A stretch of DNA of 63,516 bases, counting the filler, from Asterionella formosa (Eukaryota): NCBI GenBank assembly GCA_002256025.1. It is 16 parts of 16 records of this genome, joined end to end, with 100 filler letters (N's around TTAATTAATTAA, not from the genome) between each part and the next. Parts side by side here need not be neighbours in the genome. Positions count along the whole stretch, not along the records: positions 1 to 16,306 come from NKIB01004986.1; positions 16,407 to 32,707 come from NKIB01004988.1; 14 more parts are not named here. One strand, written 5' to 3'. A program made the position numbers and the translations under genes. Shown here in pieces: positions 11,089-23,428 of the stretch. The notes beneath the pieces were generated by a model. That model was not told the origin of the DNA and searched no databases. It was given only the letters and a program-made list of their open reading frames with translations. How positions within the stretch are numbered: the first letter of the stretch is position 1; each line of letters begins with the position of its first letter.

Positions 11089-11980
11089 TTACTCTTTGGC
11101 ACTTTGAGTTGCTTCTTCCTTCCTCTTAATCGTCTCAAGCATGGCCGCAAATGCAGCTTCCTCGTACAACTTCTTTGCATCTATAGATTCACTTCCTCCA
11201 TCAAGGGGGCCCTCAATTTCCATAAAGATTTCACCCAAGTTCTTGATACCATAGGCACGTTTTTCACGATCATCTTTACTGATTGCATGATCGAAGCACA
11301 CCATCTTGACGACTTCATAAATGGTAGTAGAAATGTCCACTGTTGTTTGAGTCCACAAGACACTCAATAAGGTGGATGACATGGTGGCTTCCAACCTATC
11401 CTCAATCGCTTTCCTCTCTTCATCTGTTGTGGCAGTCTCCAAGTCCTTCTGTAGCTTCTGCTGGACCCTCAACATGTCAAATCCAGTTTTGAGAGTATCC
11501 ATCTTGGCGTCCTGAGCATCTTTCTTCTTCTGAATAATATTGGCCTGCTGTCTTGCGGCCCAATCTGCAATAGATAGCATGCCAATACCAGATTCTGCTG
11601 ATCCCAAGAACTTGACTGCAGCCAAGTTGTATACCTAAAAAGTACTAGTATACAAATGTAAGTTAATAATGACAGTGGCAGAAATTTGGTTGTGACAAAA
11701 ATAGGTTTTAAGAACAAAACAAATGTACATATATACCTTTCCAAGTAAATGGATCAATGGAATACCATAACTGGCAGTTGATAGGACTTCCGCTTCCGTA
11801 ATCCACATGGCCTTGCAAAAATCAAATTCTCCCAGCCACCCATGGTTTCAATTCGCTTGCCAGTTTCAATGCCAATCTCAAGACACGACACTTCTGCAAT
11901 TCCCGCGCATTGGCGAGACTAATCTTGGGTGAATCTCCAATCGAGGCAGATGTTGCTTGCCACAGCCAAGCGTCCAATAG
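11089..11980 (-). pseudogene. DnaJ-X domain protein fragment (Caj1/Djp1-like; J domain absent), frameshifted
   Basis: RVLRLALKLA...ASYGIPLIHLLGKVY...LWTQTTVDISTTIYEVVKMVCFD...REKRAYGIKNLGEIF matches the DnaJ-X pattern. GT-AG intron 11635-11736 splices in frame. Frameshift near 11830; no HPD/J domain upstream. Confidence 0.7.
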
Positions 11981-12594
11981 TATAGTCATTGATCTTGTCA
12001 GAACCAAACAAAAATGCAAAAGCAAAGGATAGCAGGATTGCTTGGTGAATTCAAATGGGCAAAGTTTCTAGGCTTCAGTGGAGTCCAAATATGATTTGTT
12101 TGCTTGTTGCTGGATGTTGCTGTTGCTATACTACTAGATATGGGTGATTTCAGGGGGGAGAAGCCTCAAATGATGAGCTCTTGTCTGACTGGATGTTGTT
12201 GCTCAGTCCCAAGTCTTTGAATTTGGTATAATAAATAAGTATCTACTTCTGTTGAAAAGTTCTGTTGAAGATTCACATCCCTTAATTCCCTCCTTTTGTA
12301 GCAATACTAATATAGTAGTTGAAGCTTGTTGCTTCTTTCCGCTACCTCCATGATGTCTAGTTGTTGTTCTCCAGTTTGGTGATTTCCGTTCTTCTCCTAC
12401 ACTAGTCATAGTTCATAGTACTTCTATTGGTGGAATTAAAAGTAGTAAGTAGAGCAACTTCTGTAAATAATGTTCGAGGAGAAGCAAAGAACTACTAGGT
12501 GATGTCACAGCCCTGTAAACATCACGAAATTTTTGATCATCACAACCCCAAGCAACTTCCACTCCGTCTTAGCTGCCTCTTCAATGGGATATAA

Positions 12595-12823
12595 ACCAAA
12601 TTCCAACCACTTCAATTTCTTCTAAGTTTGCTGTAATTCTTTCAAAGATGAAAAGGAATGAGCGGAATGCTGATATTCAAAAAGAAGGGTTTACAGAACT
12701 TTGAGACTTGGCTTTTAAGGACAACAACGAGGTAACAATTGCTGATGAAGGAGGTATCCCTATTATTCTGTCTGCGATGAAGACTCATTCTTCCAATGCT
12801 AATGTGCAATACTACGGTATGGT
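12595..12823 (+). pseudogene. Truncated paralogue of the ARM-repeat gene, interrupted by a Copia LTR
   Basis: CCAAATTCCAACCACTTCAATTTC...ATTCTTTCAAAGATGAAAA matches 8342-8400. One ARM repeat follows (GGIPIILSAMKTHSSNANVQYY), with an in-frame stop upstream of it. Confidence 0.85.
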
Positions 12824-15800
12824 TGTTGGAGAAATTATTTTAGGAAGGAAAATCCCGGCATGAATTACCTACTACATATTGAGTCTAATGAATCAAAAAG
12901 AATATGGTACCAGAAAGAACAACTCAGAATTCGAAAACAATCTGCATCGCCAGTAAAACCCATAATTCTCCATAAACTCTTAGGAACGATTACAATAGAT
13001 TACGGATAAATCGTTGTTCATATCTACAGCCTATTTGGTCCCTGACGTGGACGCAATTTGAACAGTTTTAGTAGAATTACCGGCCAGGAAGCGCTGTAAG
13101 TTTACAATCAACAACAGGCGGACCGTTGAGAGTCCGGAGACAAGATTTGAGGGTACCAGACCATCCAGAATCTGAAGAAGTCGCACAAGGCGCATCATGA
13201 GTGACAAAGGAAAGTTTACCAAGAAGGCTCAAGCCAAGGGAGGAAGCAACAAGGCTTCTCACACCATCAAGAAGTCAGTTAATGACTATAACTACTACCT
13301 TGGATCAGCAAAGCAAGAATCTGACTATGAGACTACTACTGAGTACCTCATCAACTATATCAAGAAAGTGTTTGACTATGGCAACAACATAGGAACCGCT
13401 CTCGAGTCATTAGAACCGATGAGCACAATGGCATGGAAGCCAAGTATGCAAGTGAGCATTGCAACAACAGAAGAAGATCGCGCTGCAGAGAATCGGCAAT
13501 TTCAGATCGAGTTTTAGTAGGCCGATTATGACCTACAGTAAAAGGGTACAGGCCTGCGAAAATAATAATATCAAGGCATTTGCGTTGATCTGGGAATGAT
13601 GCAACAAAGCCATGAAGAACAAAATTGAGGCGAGATCTGATTACAATAGGATCAAAAATAACCCAATAACATTGCTTATGGCAATTAAAGAACACGCACT
13701 AAATTTTCAAGAAAATCGATATTCAATGTCAATCATTTTAGATGCGATGAGAACGCTTTTATTTACAAAGCAGAAGGAAGTAGAAAGTCTACAAGACTAC
13801 ACCAAGAGATTTCGTGTGGCTCGAGATGTGCTCAAGTCACACATGGGAGGACCCATTATTCTCACCAAGTTTGTTGAAGCCATGGACGGATACAACAAGA
13901 CCAACATCAAGCAATGAGATAAATTTCGTGAACAAGCTTTCAGTCAATTTTTATGGCATATTTATATCTCGATAATGCCGACAAGGCCAAATATGGATCA
14001 ATTATGACCGGGCTGAACACTCAACAGTCACTCGGCAACGATCAATACCCGAAGACCATCACCGAATCAAATAATGTTCTCAGCAACCATCGGTTTGACG
14101 TAACAAATAAATCCAACTACAAGAAACCAGGAGAGAATGATAAAGAGAGGAAACAAAAGGATGCAGGCAAGGAAGACGAAGATGTGAGCTTATCGTTTGC
14201 ACAGTTAGAAGGAAAATATTACTGCTGCGGATAAGCAGGTCACAAATCTTCTTTGTGCCGAGACAAGAATAAACCCAAAGAGGAATGGGCTATCAACAAG
14301 GCCCAAAGCCATGCACAGGCACAGGCTAATACATCCGACACGAGTACAGTTACCTCTGTTAATTCCAACAACCCGCCGTCATCACAAGCTTCACAACAAG
14401 CAAATGCCAATCAATTTGGATGGACTGGAGCTCATATGAAACTAAAATTTTACCAAGCATCTGAGATGCGTGACTGGATACTATTGGATAATCAATCAAG
14501 TGTCACAGTCTTTTGCAATCCAAAAATGGTTAATAACATTCGAAAGTCAACCAACGGAAGCATGCACCTGGCCACAAATGGTGGATCCATGGTAACTGAT
14601 ATGAAGGCTGATCTTCCAGAATGGGGAGAAGTATGGTTGAATGAAAAGGCAATTACAAACATCTTCAGTTATGCCGAAATGGCAGATAGGTACAGAATTA
14701 CCTACTACTCTGAGAAAGAAGATGCATTCATTGTTCATTTGCCTGACAAAACAGTTCGATTTGAAAGAATTGGGATGAACTTATATGTTTTCAAGCCAAC
14801 TACAAGAATTAGAGCGGAGAATGCTCAAATGTTAAATACACTTGAAGAAAACAAAACATTTTACACTGAGCGTCAATTTGAAAGAGCCAAGCAAGCTCGT
14901 GATCTATTTCATGCCTTGGGTACACCATCAATTAATGATTTCAAGGCAATAATTTGTATGAATATGATCAACAATAATCCAGTGACTACCGATGATATCA
15001 AAATTGCAGAGAAAATTTTTGGACCCAACATCGGAACACTGAAAGGCAAGACAACTCGTTGCAAGCCGCTGCCAGTCGTGAAAGGAGCTTATCCAAGCTC
15101 AACGCGAAGTGACTCTTTGCATGGATGGAATGAAAGTCAATGGACAATCATTTCTCACAACAATTTCTCGAAACATTATGTATAGGACAAGGCAATGGGT
15201 CAAGAATCAGACAGCTGATGTCCATCGAGACGCTTTGACCCAGGTATTCCGTGTTTATAATACCGGAGGATTTAGAATAACAAGAATCCATTGTGATAAC
15301 GAATTTCTACCTTTGATGGAACAGCTTTCCAATGAATTTCAAGTCACTATGAACTACGCAAACCCACAAGAACATGTTCCTGAAGCGGAACGAAATAGTC
15401 GAGTGATTAAAGAACGCGTGTGCGCAGCTTATCATCAATTACCTTTCAAACATTTGCCAAGACTGATGATTAAGATGCTAGTCACAGAATCTGCAAAGAA
15501 GCTGAATTTCTTTCCGGCAAAGAACGGATATCCCCGTATTACAGTCCTTGTATGATTCTACATCAAAGAAACCTGGACTATGCTCAACATTGCCAGTATA
15601 CATTTGGCACTTATGTCCAAGCACATGAGGAACCAGTGTTTTCAAACACTAATGCACCACCCAGCCTAGATTGCATTTATCTACGCTACAATGACAACGT
15701 GCAAGGAGGTCATGAATTATTACACCTACCTACAAATTCATTGATCACTAGACGAACAATTACTCCTCTACCACTTACCCAAGCAATCATTAATCAAGTA

Positions 15801-16306
15801 CACGCCCTTGCTGTGCAGGAAAATATGCCAGATGGTCTCAAGATATCAAATCGAACAAGACAACTATTTTATGATAGTGCTTGGATTGCAGGAGTGGATT
15901 ATGATAATGAAGCATTTGAAGATGCACAAGACGAAGATTATGAAGATCAAGATGCTAGTGACAACGAAAGCAATGATGAAATTCTCGGAGAAGAAGACTA
16001 TGATGAAATGACTCCAGATGAAATATATGAAGCAGAACAGCTCGAATTAAATGACAATACTCAAGAGGATGACCCTGAACCTGACGAGGGCAACAATGAG
16101 AATAATATTGAAATGAATGCAGATGATATCCAAGATGAGGATGAAGAGCCAGCAAATGAAACTGAAAATGAAGAGGCATTGTTAGAAGTCAATCCAAGCA
16201 CTCAGGATGACTCAGACCCAAATGTTAGAACTACAAGGTCTGGAAGAGTCTCAAGACCACCATCAAAACTAACTATGGTCCAAAATCATTTGCATACCCA
16301 AGCACA
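12824..16306 (+). mobile_element. Ty1/Copia (diatom CoDi-type) LTR retrotransposon, decayed; truncated at the contig end before RT
   Basis: Putative 5' LTR TGTTGG...CTACA (12824-13028) and candidate PBS TGGTCCCTGACG. gag starts at 13197, with a degenerate knuckle YYCCG*AGHKSSLC. Protease WILLDNQSS, pre-integrase LFHALGTPS, integrase IHCDNEF...EHVPEAERN. Several stops and frameshifts. Confidence 0.9.
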
Positions 16307-16406
16307 NNNNNNNNNNNNNNNNNNNNNNNNNNNNNNNNNNNNNNNNNNNNTTAATTAATTAANNNNNNNNNNNNNNNNNNNNNNNNNNNNNNNNNNNNNN
16401 NNNNNN
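16307..16406. other. Artificial contig linker N44-TTAATTAATTAA-N44 (first of 15)
   Basis: Identical 100-nt spacers with stops in all frames also start at 32708, 33819, 34930, 36041, 37153, 38264, 39375, 40486, 41597, 42708, 59077, 60187, 61297 and 62407. Confidence 0.98.
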
Positions 16407-16532
16407 CAAATAATTATGTGAAGTATTTTCAAATAATTATGTGAAGTATTTCAAATAATTATGTGAAGTATTTCAAATAATTATGTGAAGTATTTCAAAT
16501 AATTATGTGAAGTATTTCAAATAATTATGTGA
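16407..16532 (+). repeat. 22-bp tandem repeat (CAAATAATTATGTGAAGTATTT) x ~5.7 at a contig start
   Basis: Directly visible, near-perfect units with no spacers. Confidence 0.95.
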
Positions 16533-16729
16533 ACGTGATCACATAATATAGTGATGATCAGGAATGCATGCATGATACTTTGATCAAATATTTAACGTGA
16601 TGTATTCAGATAATATATAGATATATTCAACTACGTATTTTGATGTATTCAACTAATTCATGTGATGCATTCAAAATCAACTAGGCTTATTTATGTGATG
16701 GTCACTTCACGTAATACGCGGCTTAGATG

Positions 16730-17720
16730 TAACTCTAACAAGTAAAATATAGAAAAAGAAGCAAAGGAGCAGCAGCTGTCAATGATTGAATTTGTAAAAT
16801 CGTTTAGAAACAGCTGTTGCATATTTTAACCTTGTAAGTCGCAGTAGTGAGTCGAAATTGAGATGTGCCGCAATGGCCGTCTCCGTTTTGGATCAGCTAC
16901 AAATAGTCAACAGCGATAACTTTAGCAAGCACAATATAGAAAAAGAAGCAAAGGACGATGAGCAGCTGTCAACGAATGAATTCGTAAATATGTTTAGAAA
17001 CAGCTGTTGCATATTTTAATATTCAATGCATGTCGCCGTAATGAGTCAAACTTGATATGTGCCACAATGGCCTTCTCCGTTTTGGAGCAGCTAGAAATAG
17101 TCTACAGCGATAACTCTAGTAAGCACAATATAGAAAAAGAAGCAAAGGATGATGTGAAGCTGTCAACGATTGAATTCGTAAATTCGTTAAGAAACAGCTT
17201 TTCCATATTTTAACATTCAATGCATGTCGCCATAGTGAGTCGAAATTGAGATGTGCTGCAATGGCTGTCTCCTTTTCGGAGCGGCTACAAATAGTCTACA
17301 GCGACAACTCTAGCAAGTACAATTTATAAAAAGAACAAAATGATGAGTAGCTGTCAACAATTGAATTCGTAAATTCGTTTAGAAACAGCTGTTGCATATT
17401 TTAATATTCAATGCATGCCGCCTTAGTGAGTCTAAATTGAGATGTGCCGCAGTGGCCTTCTCCGGTTTGAAGCAGCTAGCAATAGTCTGAAGCAATAACT
17501 TTAGCAAGCAAAATATAGAAGAAAAAAAGCAAAGGATGAGTAGCTGACAAAAATTGAATGAGTAAATTCGTAAAGAAACAGCTGTTGCATTTTTTAACAT
17601 TCATTGTATGCCGCCATAGTGAGTCGAAATTGAGATGTGCTGCAATGGCATTCTCCTTTTCCGATCGGCTAGATTACATCTATATTGATAACTGTAGCAA
17701 TAACAAATTGGTCGTAAAGT
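16730..17720. repeat. ~193-bp tandem array, ~5 diverged units
   Basis: Marker AGATGTGC (or a variant) at 16861, 17055, 17249, 17440 and 17633; spacing 191-194 bp. Confidence 0.9.
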
Positions 17721-19629
17721 CAAGGGCCAAGGAGATGAGGACTATCAACTTCATTGAACTCAACCATTCCTTAACCTGTAGTATTTTTCGCAATATTTCG
17801 CACCTTTTCTGCACACCACCAGTCAATGATAAACTTCAAAAATAATTGCTGATGTCTGATTTGACCAATAAAATTCTTAGCAGTTTAGTACATGGATGCA
17901 ATTTGGTAGAGAATAATAGCTTTGAGTTTTGGTGCATCACTGCTGATGTACTATCATCACGGCATACTAGCACATCCTGCCTATGGTAGTAAATCAAAAA
18001 TGAGAAGTGCCACAAACGCCATCTACACATCCTGATGCCTCCTTTGATCAAAATATGTTCGCTATGAGTATATCGACAATCGCCTTGACGTCATTGATCT
18101 TGTGTACATCGAATACTATGCTGGTTAGAAATTGGCCTTAAATTGGTGGAAAAAGATGGTTTTGAATTTTTTTCTACAGCACTGATGACCAGACCACCAT
18201 CACCGTAAATATAAAAAATTTACACATCCTGATGCCTCCTTTGATTAATATAAATTCGTTCTCAGAAAATCGAAATTCGCAGTGACTGCACTGATCTCGT
18301 GTACATCGAATACTATGCTGGATTGAAATCAGCCTTACTACAATGGGGTTGGAGAAGGATGGTTTGGAATTTCCGTTGCTACAGCACTGGTCATGCAGCT
18401 GTCCACAGCAAGCACCGAAAAATTTAAACATGGTATCAAGTGCAATGTTTTCTTGCCTTCTCCTGATATTGTTTACTTTTGCATGTTGTGGATCTCCTCT
18501 CATACTATTCTCCTTCGTCTTTGTTCGGAATTGTTACCACATGCATTGCTTTTTTACTTGTCATGAATTAGAAGAAAGGCCTTGATTTTGTGCTTCTTTT
18601 TACTTGTTGATCACGAACTTACTCTGCAAACGCTGTTCTTTGTCTACAGACAATCAATCTGTTGAGCAAGGGTTTTTATGGGAATCAGGCGGCATGGTAA
18701 GCACAACGAAAATGACACCTTTGTACTAATAATTGTTTATTCATGAACTCACTCTGCAACCGTTGTTCACTGATTGCAGACAAATTAATTTGATGAGAGG
18801 TGGGTTGGCCATTGGGGAACATGGTAAGGAGCACAACAGAACCGAAATCATGGCTTCGCGACTTTTGTTTTCTCATTAACTCACACTGCAAATGTTGCCC
18901 TCTTTCAACAACAGACAATCAATCTGAGAAATGAGAATGAGCAGCCGGCTAATTTACTATGAATTGATCCACTGGTAGTAGTAACAGGGACTCCTGCAAG
19001 TATGAGTAGCCAAGCAATCTTGTGATTAGTTACAGCATCCAGCTGCAAGAATGAACATCCATTGCTTGTCGTATTGGTTTGAGAATCACATTCCATAGAA
19101 GGTATGAATATAAACTACATCTAAGACGCTTTACGGCACTTTTTCGAATTTATGTTCTAAAGTGACGTATTTATGCTACTTTTCTAAATCCTTTTGGTAC
19201 TTTTCTAAAATAATATGCTACTTTACTAAAATATTACGTTACTTTTTCCGTAGTTTATTCGGATTTATTTCACTTCTCGAATAATTATGTGATCGCACCA
19301 ATAATTATGTGTGTTTGTGACAATATATGTTGTCCAACTAGCCATCGTGACAGTATAAAAGCGAAATTATGCTGCTTTCACCATATAATGAACGAAAGAG
19401 TCGCCAATTCCGATTCACTTCCGCTCCGACATATATTTCTTTGATCTGAACTGGCAAAGAAAAACACATGCAAGAGGAAGATTCACACAGTAGTAGAATT
19501 CAGCACACGTATTAGCAGTTGATGTTGTAGACACATTGTTTAGTCATTGTTGATTGTAGAGTTTACAATAGCTTGCCAGAATAGAAAAAAAGCACTGTTG
19601 GTCCTCGTTGAGCATCGTTGAGCATGATT

Positions 19630-20285
19630 GCATGTCGTCGTTGTGAGTCGAACTTGAGATGTACTGCAATGGCCTTCTCCTTTTCGGAGCGGATACAAAT
19701 AGTCTACAGCGATAACTCTAACAAGTACAATATAGAAAAAGAAGCAAAGGAGGAGCAGCTGTCAATGATTTAAGTCATAAATATGTTTAGAAACAGCTGT
19801 TCCATATTTTAACATTAAATGCATGTCCCCATACTAGTGAGTCAAAATCGAGATGTGCCGCAATGGCCTTCTCCATTTTGGAGCAGCTAGAAATAGTCTA
19901 CAGCGATAACTCTAGAAAGCACAATATAGAAAAACAAGGAAAGGACGAGTATCTGAGAACAATTGAATTTGTAAATTCGTTAAGAAAAGCTATTGCATTT
20001 TTTAATATTCAGTGCATCATGTTGCTGTAGTGCTTCGAAATTGAGATTTGCCGCAATGGCCCTCTCCTTTGCGGAGCGGCTACAAATAGACTACAGCGAT
20101 AACTCTAACAAGTACAATATAGAAAAAGAAGTAGAGGAGGGGCAGCTGTCAACGATTTAAGTCGTAAATATGTTAAGAAACTGCTGTCACACATCTAAAT
20201 TCAATGCATGTTGCCGTATTGAGTCAAAATTGAGATGTGCCGCAATGGCCTTCTCCATTTCGGAACAGCTACAAATAGTCTATTT
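19630..20285. repeat. Second array of the same ~193-bp unit, ~3.5 units
   Basis: Marker at 19657, 19851, 20044 and 20233; same orientation as the first array. Confidence 0.9.
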
Positions 20286-21810
20286 TTACAACGCCTCTTC
20301 CTTTGGCTTTGTTCCGGAAGCATCTCATGAAGTTGCAGAAATGGCTGGTGATTTTAGTCAACAACACTTTTTATTCAGGTTGAATGAAGCAAGGAGTGTG
20401 CGAATATGAGAGTGATGCATACCTGAAGAAACGTGATTATGACGTCATGTAGTGGTGGGATTTACATGGATCACGGAGTAGTGATGTTAGTGCAGCAAAA
20501 GCATTTGAAATTAATTGATTATTTAAGTATCCCAGCCAGACCAGTAGTGAGAGTAATCCATGGGAGAAGGTTTCCAAGTACTTTTACATCAATGGGGCAT
20601 AAGGAACCCGCAAGTGAATGTATCAAACTGTGGGTAATACTTTATGAACCCCCACAGGATGCACGAAATGCAGAAGAAGAGATTGATTAGTATGCTTTGT
20701 AGAGGATGACAGTTTATAAGCCTACATAATGGACTACCATGAGGAAAACAACAGGAGTTTTATCAGGAGCAATTGTTTTTCATTGTAACATGAATATGAA
20801 TTTATCTTTTATTGCAGATTTACTATTATTGTGGAATAAGCGACATGCTTTGATTGCTTATAATTTACGTCGAAAGAATTTAGAAAGACGAAACTTTCAT
20901 GATAAAGCAGGAATGGAAGTTTTAGAACTTACACCGCATCCAACCAAGCTGGTGTGACAATTAACTCATGGACTATTTATGATTGAACAACAAGGCAGTG
21001 CATTGCTATGGAACAATTACTATTTGTAGAAAAGCTCATGTGGTGGATCGAATTAATATCCGGAATGTTTGGCGATTCAAATGTGTTGCAGAGAATCAGG
21101 AACAGGTGTTTGGGAAGGCAACAAACTAACACAGCAAAATTGATTATGATTCTGCCTTGCCTCTCCTTCCAATCATCTTGGAAGGGAAGAATACAAGAAT
21201 CTTTTGACTATTGCAACTGGCTGGTGACTCAACAAATTAGATTAGGAGATTGGAACTTGAGGCTTTGGTTTTTCTCATTTGGAATTCTCATTGAGGAAGC
21301 TTCTCTGGCTACTCAAACTGAGGAGACTTCTCGAATTGAGGTTCACCTCTGGGTTTACAAACTAGTTTTATAATTATTTGTAGACTGTATTACCTTAGGG
21401 TTGTGCATTATCATTTAAGGCTTTTTAACCGAACTCAGGGAACTCACGCGTGAACTCAATGTATTTTGGTTTTTGAACGAACCTTTTAGGTAATGCACTT
21501 GTGACCTTGTTGGAGTTGAAAATTAGCATCCGGTTCTTTGAATGAATAGTATGCTATAAAAATAATCCAGAAAAATCACCACGAACTGATTACTCCAATA
21601 AAGTGAAATGACATGATCGGAAAAAATCAATTTTAGGATACCGGTACCGGATACCGGTTACAGAATTTCGTGAAATGATCCTTTCAGCCAAAAAGGTCAA
21701 TATTGGTCTCCATCCGCGGCAAGTGTAATCTTCTACTTCTATTCTTTTTGTTCGGAAGATGTCAAAGGAATCTATCGTTTCGAGAATTCATGTTCACTCC
21801 TGCTATCACC

Positions 21811-22896
21811 ATGCCACCACGAGAAGGTGAAAGCAATCTTCCCATGGATATAGCATTCAACTCCTCTAGCAGCATTGTTGAGAGTGTATCAAACAACGAA
21901 TTGGCAGCCGAGAATGCAAATTTGAAGCGACAACTGGAGGAGCTGCAGCTGCAATTTTCGAAACTGAAGCAACGCACGCGCCGCAACAACAACAGTCCTC
22001 CACGAGGCAAACCCAAGAAATCGCCATCTCCAGATACCAACCGACTTCGGATACGATGGCTTCAACTTGGATCGTCGTTCGGTACGCCCCAAGACGAGGA
22101 CGCACTTGCCGCACCTCTGATTCATGACGGTCTGCACCATCGGCACACGATTACTGCGCCGTCCCCCATGAAAATCTCACGGGTAATAAAGAAATCTAGC
22201 TCTCTTTTAGACGATAATAAGGAGAGAATGCGGGACGTCGAAGCGATCGACGAAGAATTCGCGTCAGGGTATGACTCCTTTGACGATAATGTTCACGTTA
22301 TCTCATTTTGCAAACTGGTGTGCGATCGAGCTTCGTGGCTCGTTGGGTTGTTGGTGTTGCAAAGTATGTCGTCCTTTATTATTTCATACAACGAAGCTTT
22401 ACTGAAGCGGCATATTGTAATTGTACAGTTTTTGACCATGCTAGTTGGAGCTGGAGGTAATGCAGGCAACCAGGCAACCGTTCGAGTCATTCGAGGGCTG
22501 GCCACGGGAACTATAAGTCCTAGCAACACACAAGCATTTATTCGCAATGAGCTGTTGATTGGACTTTGCTTATCCATCATCCTTGGTGTTACAGGCTGCT
22601 TGCGGGCATTGGCCTTTTCTGTCCCACTACCTGAAACAATTTGCATCACAACAGCGTTGCTGATGATTGTCATCATTAGCGTCGCGATTGGAGCAACGCT
22701 TCCATTGGGTATGAAGCATGTTGGTATTGATCCTGCTCACTCGAGCACGACAATTCAGGTATTGATGGACATACTTGGAGTGACAATAACGGTGTATGTG
22801 AGTGCAGCTGTTTTGGATTCTAAACTTGGTGAATTTCTGGGTATTCAGAATATTTTACTACAGGCGGTACAATATGAAGAAATAGCTCCTCCCTAA
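21811..22896 (+). CDS. MgtE-family (SLC41-like) divalent cation transporter
   Basis: DRASWLVGLL...FLTMLVGAGGNAGNQATVRVIRGLA...GIDPAHSSTTIQVLMDILGV; multiple TM segments after a coiled-coil N-terminus. Start could be 21790 or 21811. Confidence 0.9.
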   Translation: MPPREGESNLPMDIAFNSSSSIVESVSNNELAAENANLKRQLEELQLQFSKLKQRTRRNNNSPPRGKPKKSPSPDTNRLRIRWLQLGSSFGTPQDEDALAAPLIHDGLHHRHTITAPSPMKISRVIKKSSSLLDDNKERMRDVEAIDEEFASGYDSFDDNVHVISFCKLVCDRASWLVGLLVLQSMSSFIISYNEALLKRHIVIVQFLTMLVGAGGNAGNQATVRVIRGLATGTISPSNTQAFIRNELLIGLCLSIILGVTGCLRALAFSVPLPETICITTALLMIVIISVAIGATLPLGMKHVGIDPAHSSTTIQVLMDILGVTITVYVSAAVLDSKLGEFLGIQNILLQAVQYEEIAPP

Positions 22897-23428
22897 CGTA
22901 CCAACATGTACAATATGATATTTTATCATTTTTTTTCTCCTTTTCCCTTTTTAAATGCATCCATCGTGTACTTGGCGATTCAATAGGCATACTCAAGGCT
23001 TTAACAAATTCGGGAAGAGCTCGTTTAAACTTTGCTGGGATACAACAAAGATGCTACTTCGTACGAGTCGGAGTAAAGCACTATATTTGCTTTGCATATC
23101 GGGACTTTTCAATAATTTAGACCATACAAATCATGAATTGAATTTCCCGAGCATTAGTAGGAGCGTGACCGCAGTAGTGAAAGCATCACGCGACAAGCCA
23201 TCCATGCAAGTTTGATCTTGATAGGATCTGAAGGAATGGGGAATGGTAACTGTTCTTTCCCTAAAATATTCCAAGCAAAGTCCTTGTCATAGGATTATCT
23301 CCACTTCATAATTGGAATGATACAACTTCTCTATTTCGTTTTGTTTAACTATATTCATTGAACAGCTAACGACAAGGAAAGTTGACCGAATGTTTGCATC
23401 ATGTCCCTCCTGTTTCGTTGGGTAATTC

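Noticed and set aside
16307..16406. Recurrent TTAATTAATTAA motif within N runs, and ORFs ending in X...LIN
   Set aside because: Artificial linker with stops in all frames; not biological. Gene neighbourhoods across linkers were not interpreted.
16407..17720. Possible CRISPR-like array
   Set aside because: Units are head-to-tail with no unique spacers, there are no cas genes, and the context is eukaryotic.
17007..17845. Short ORFs in the 193-bp array as a repeat protein
   Set aside because: Unit length is not a multiple of 3, and stops recur in the frames examined.
20433..21373. Short ORFs with a YLSIPA motif, reminiscent of a hAT dimerisation domain
   Set aside because: The following SERxFS motif is absent and the frames are broken; no family can be assigned.
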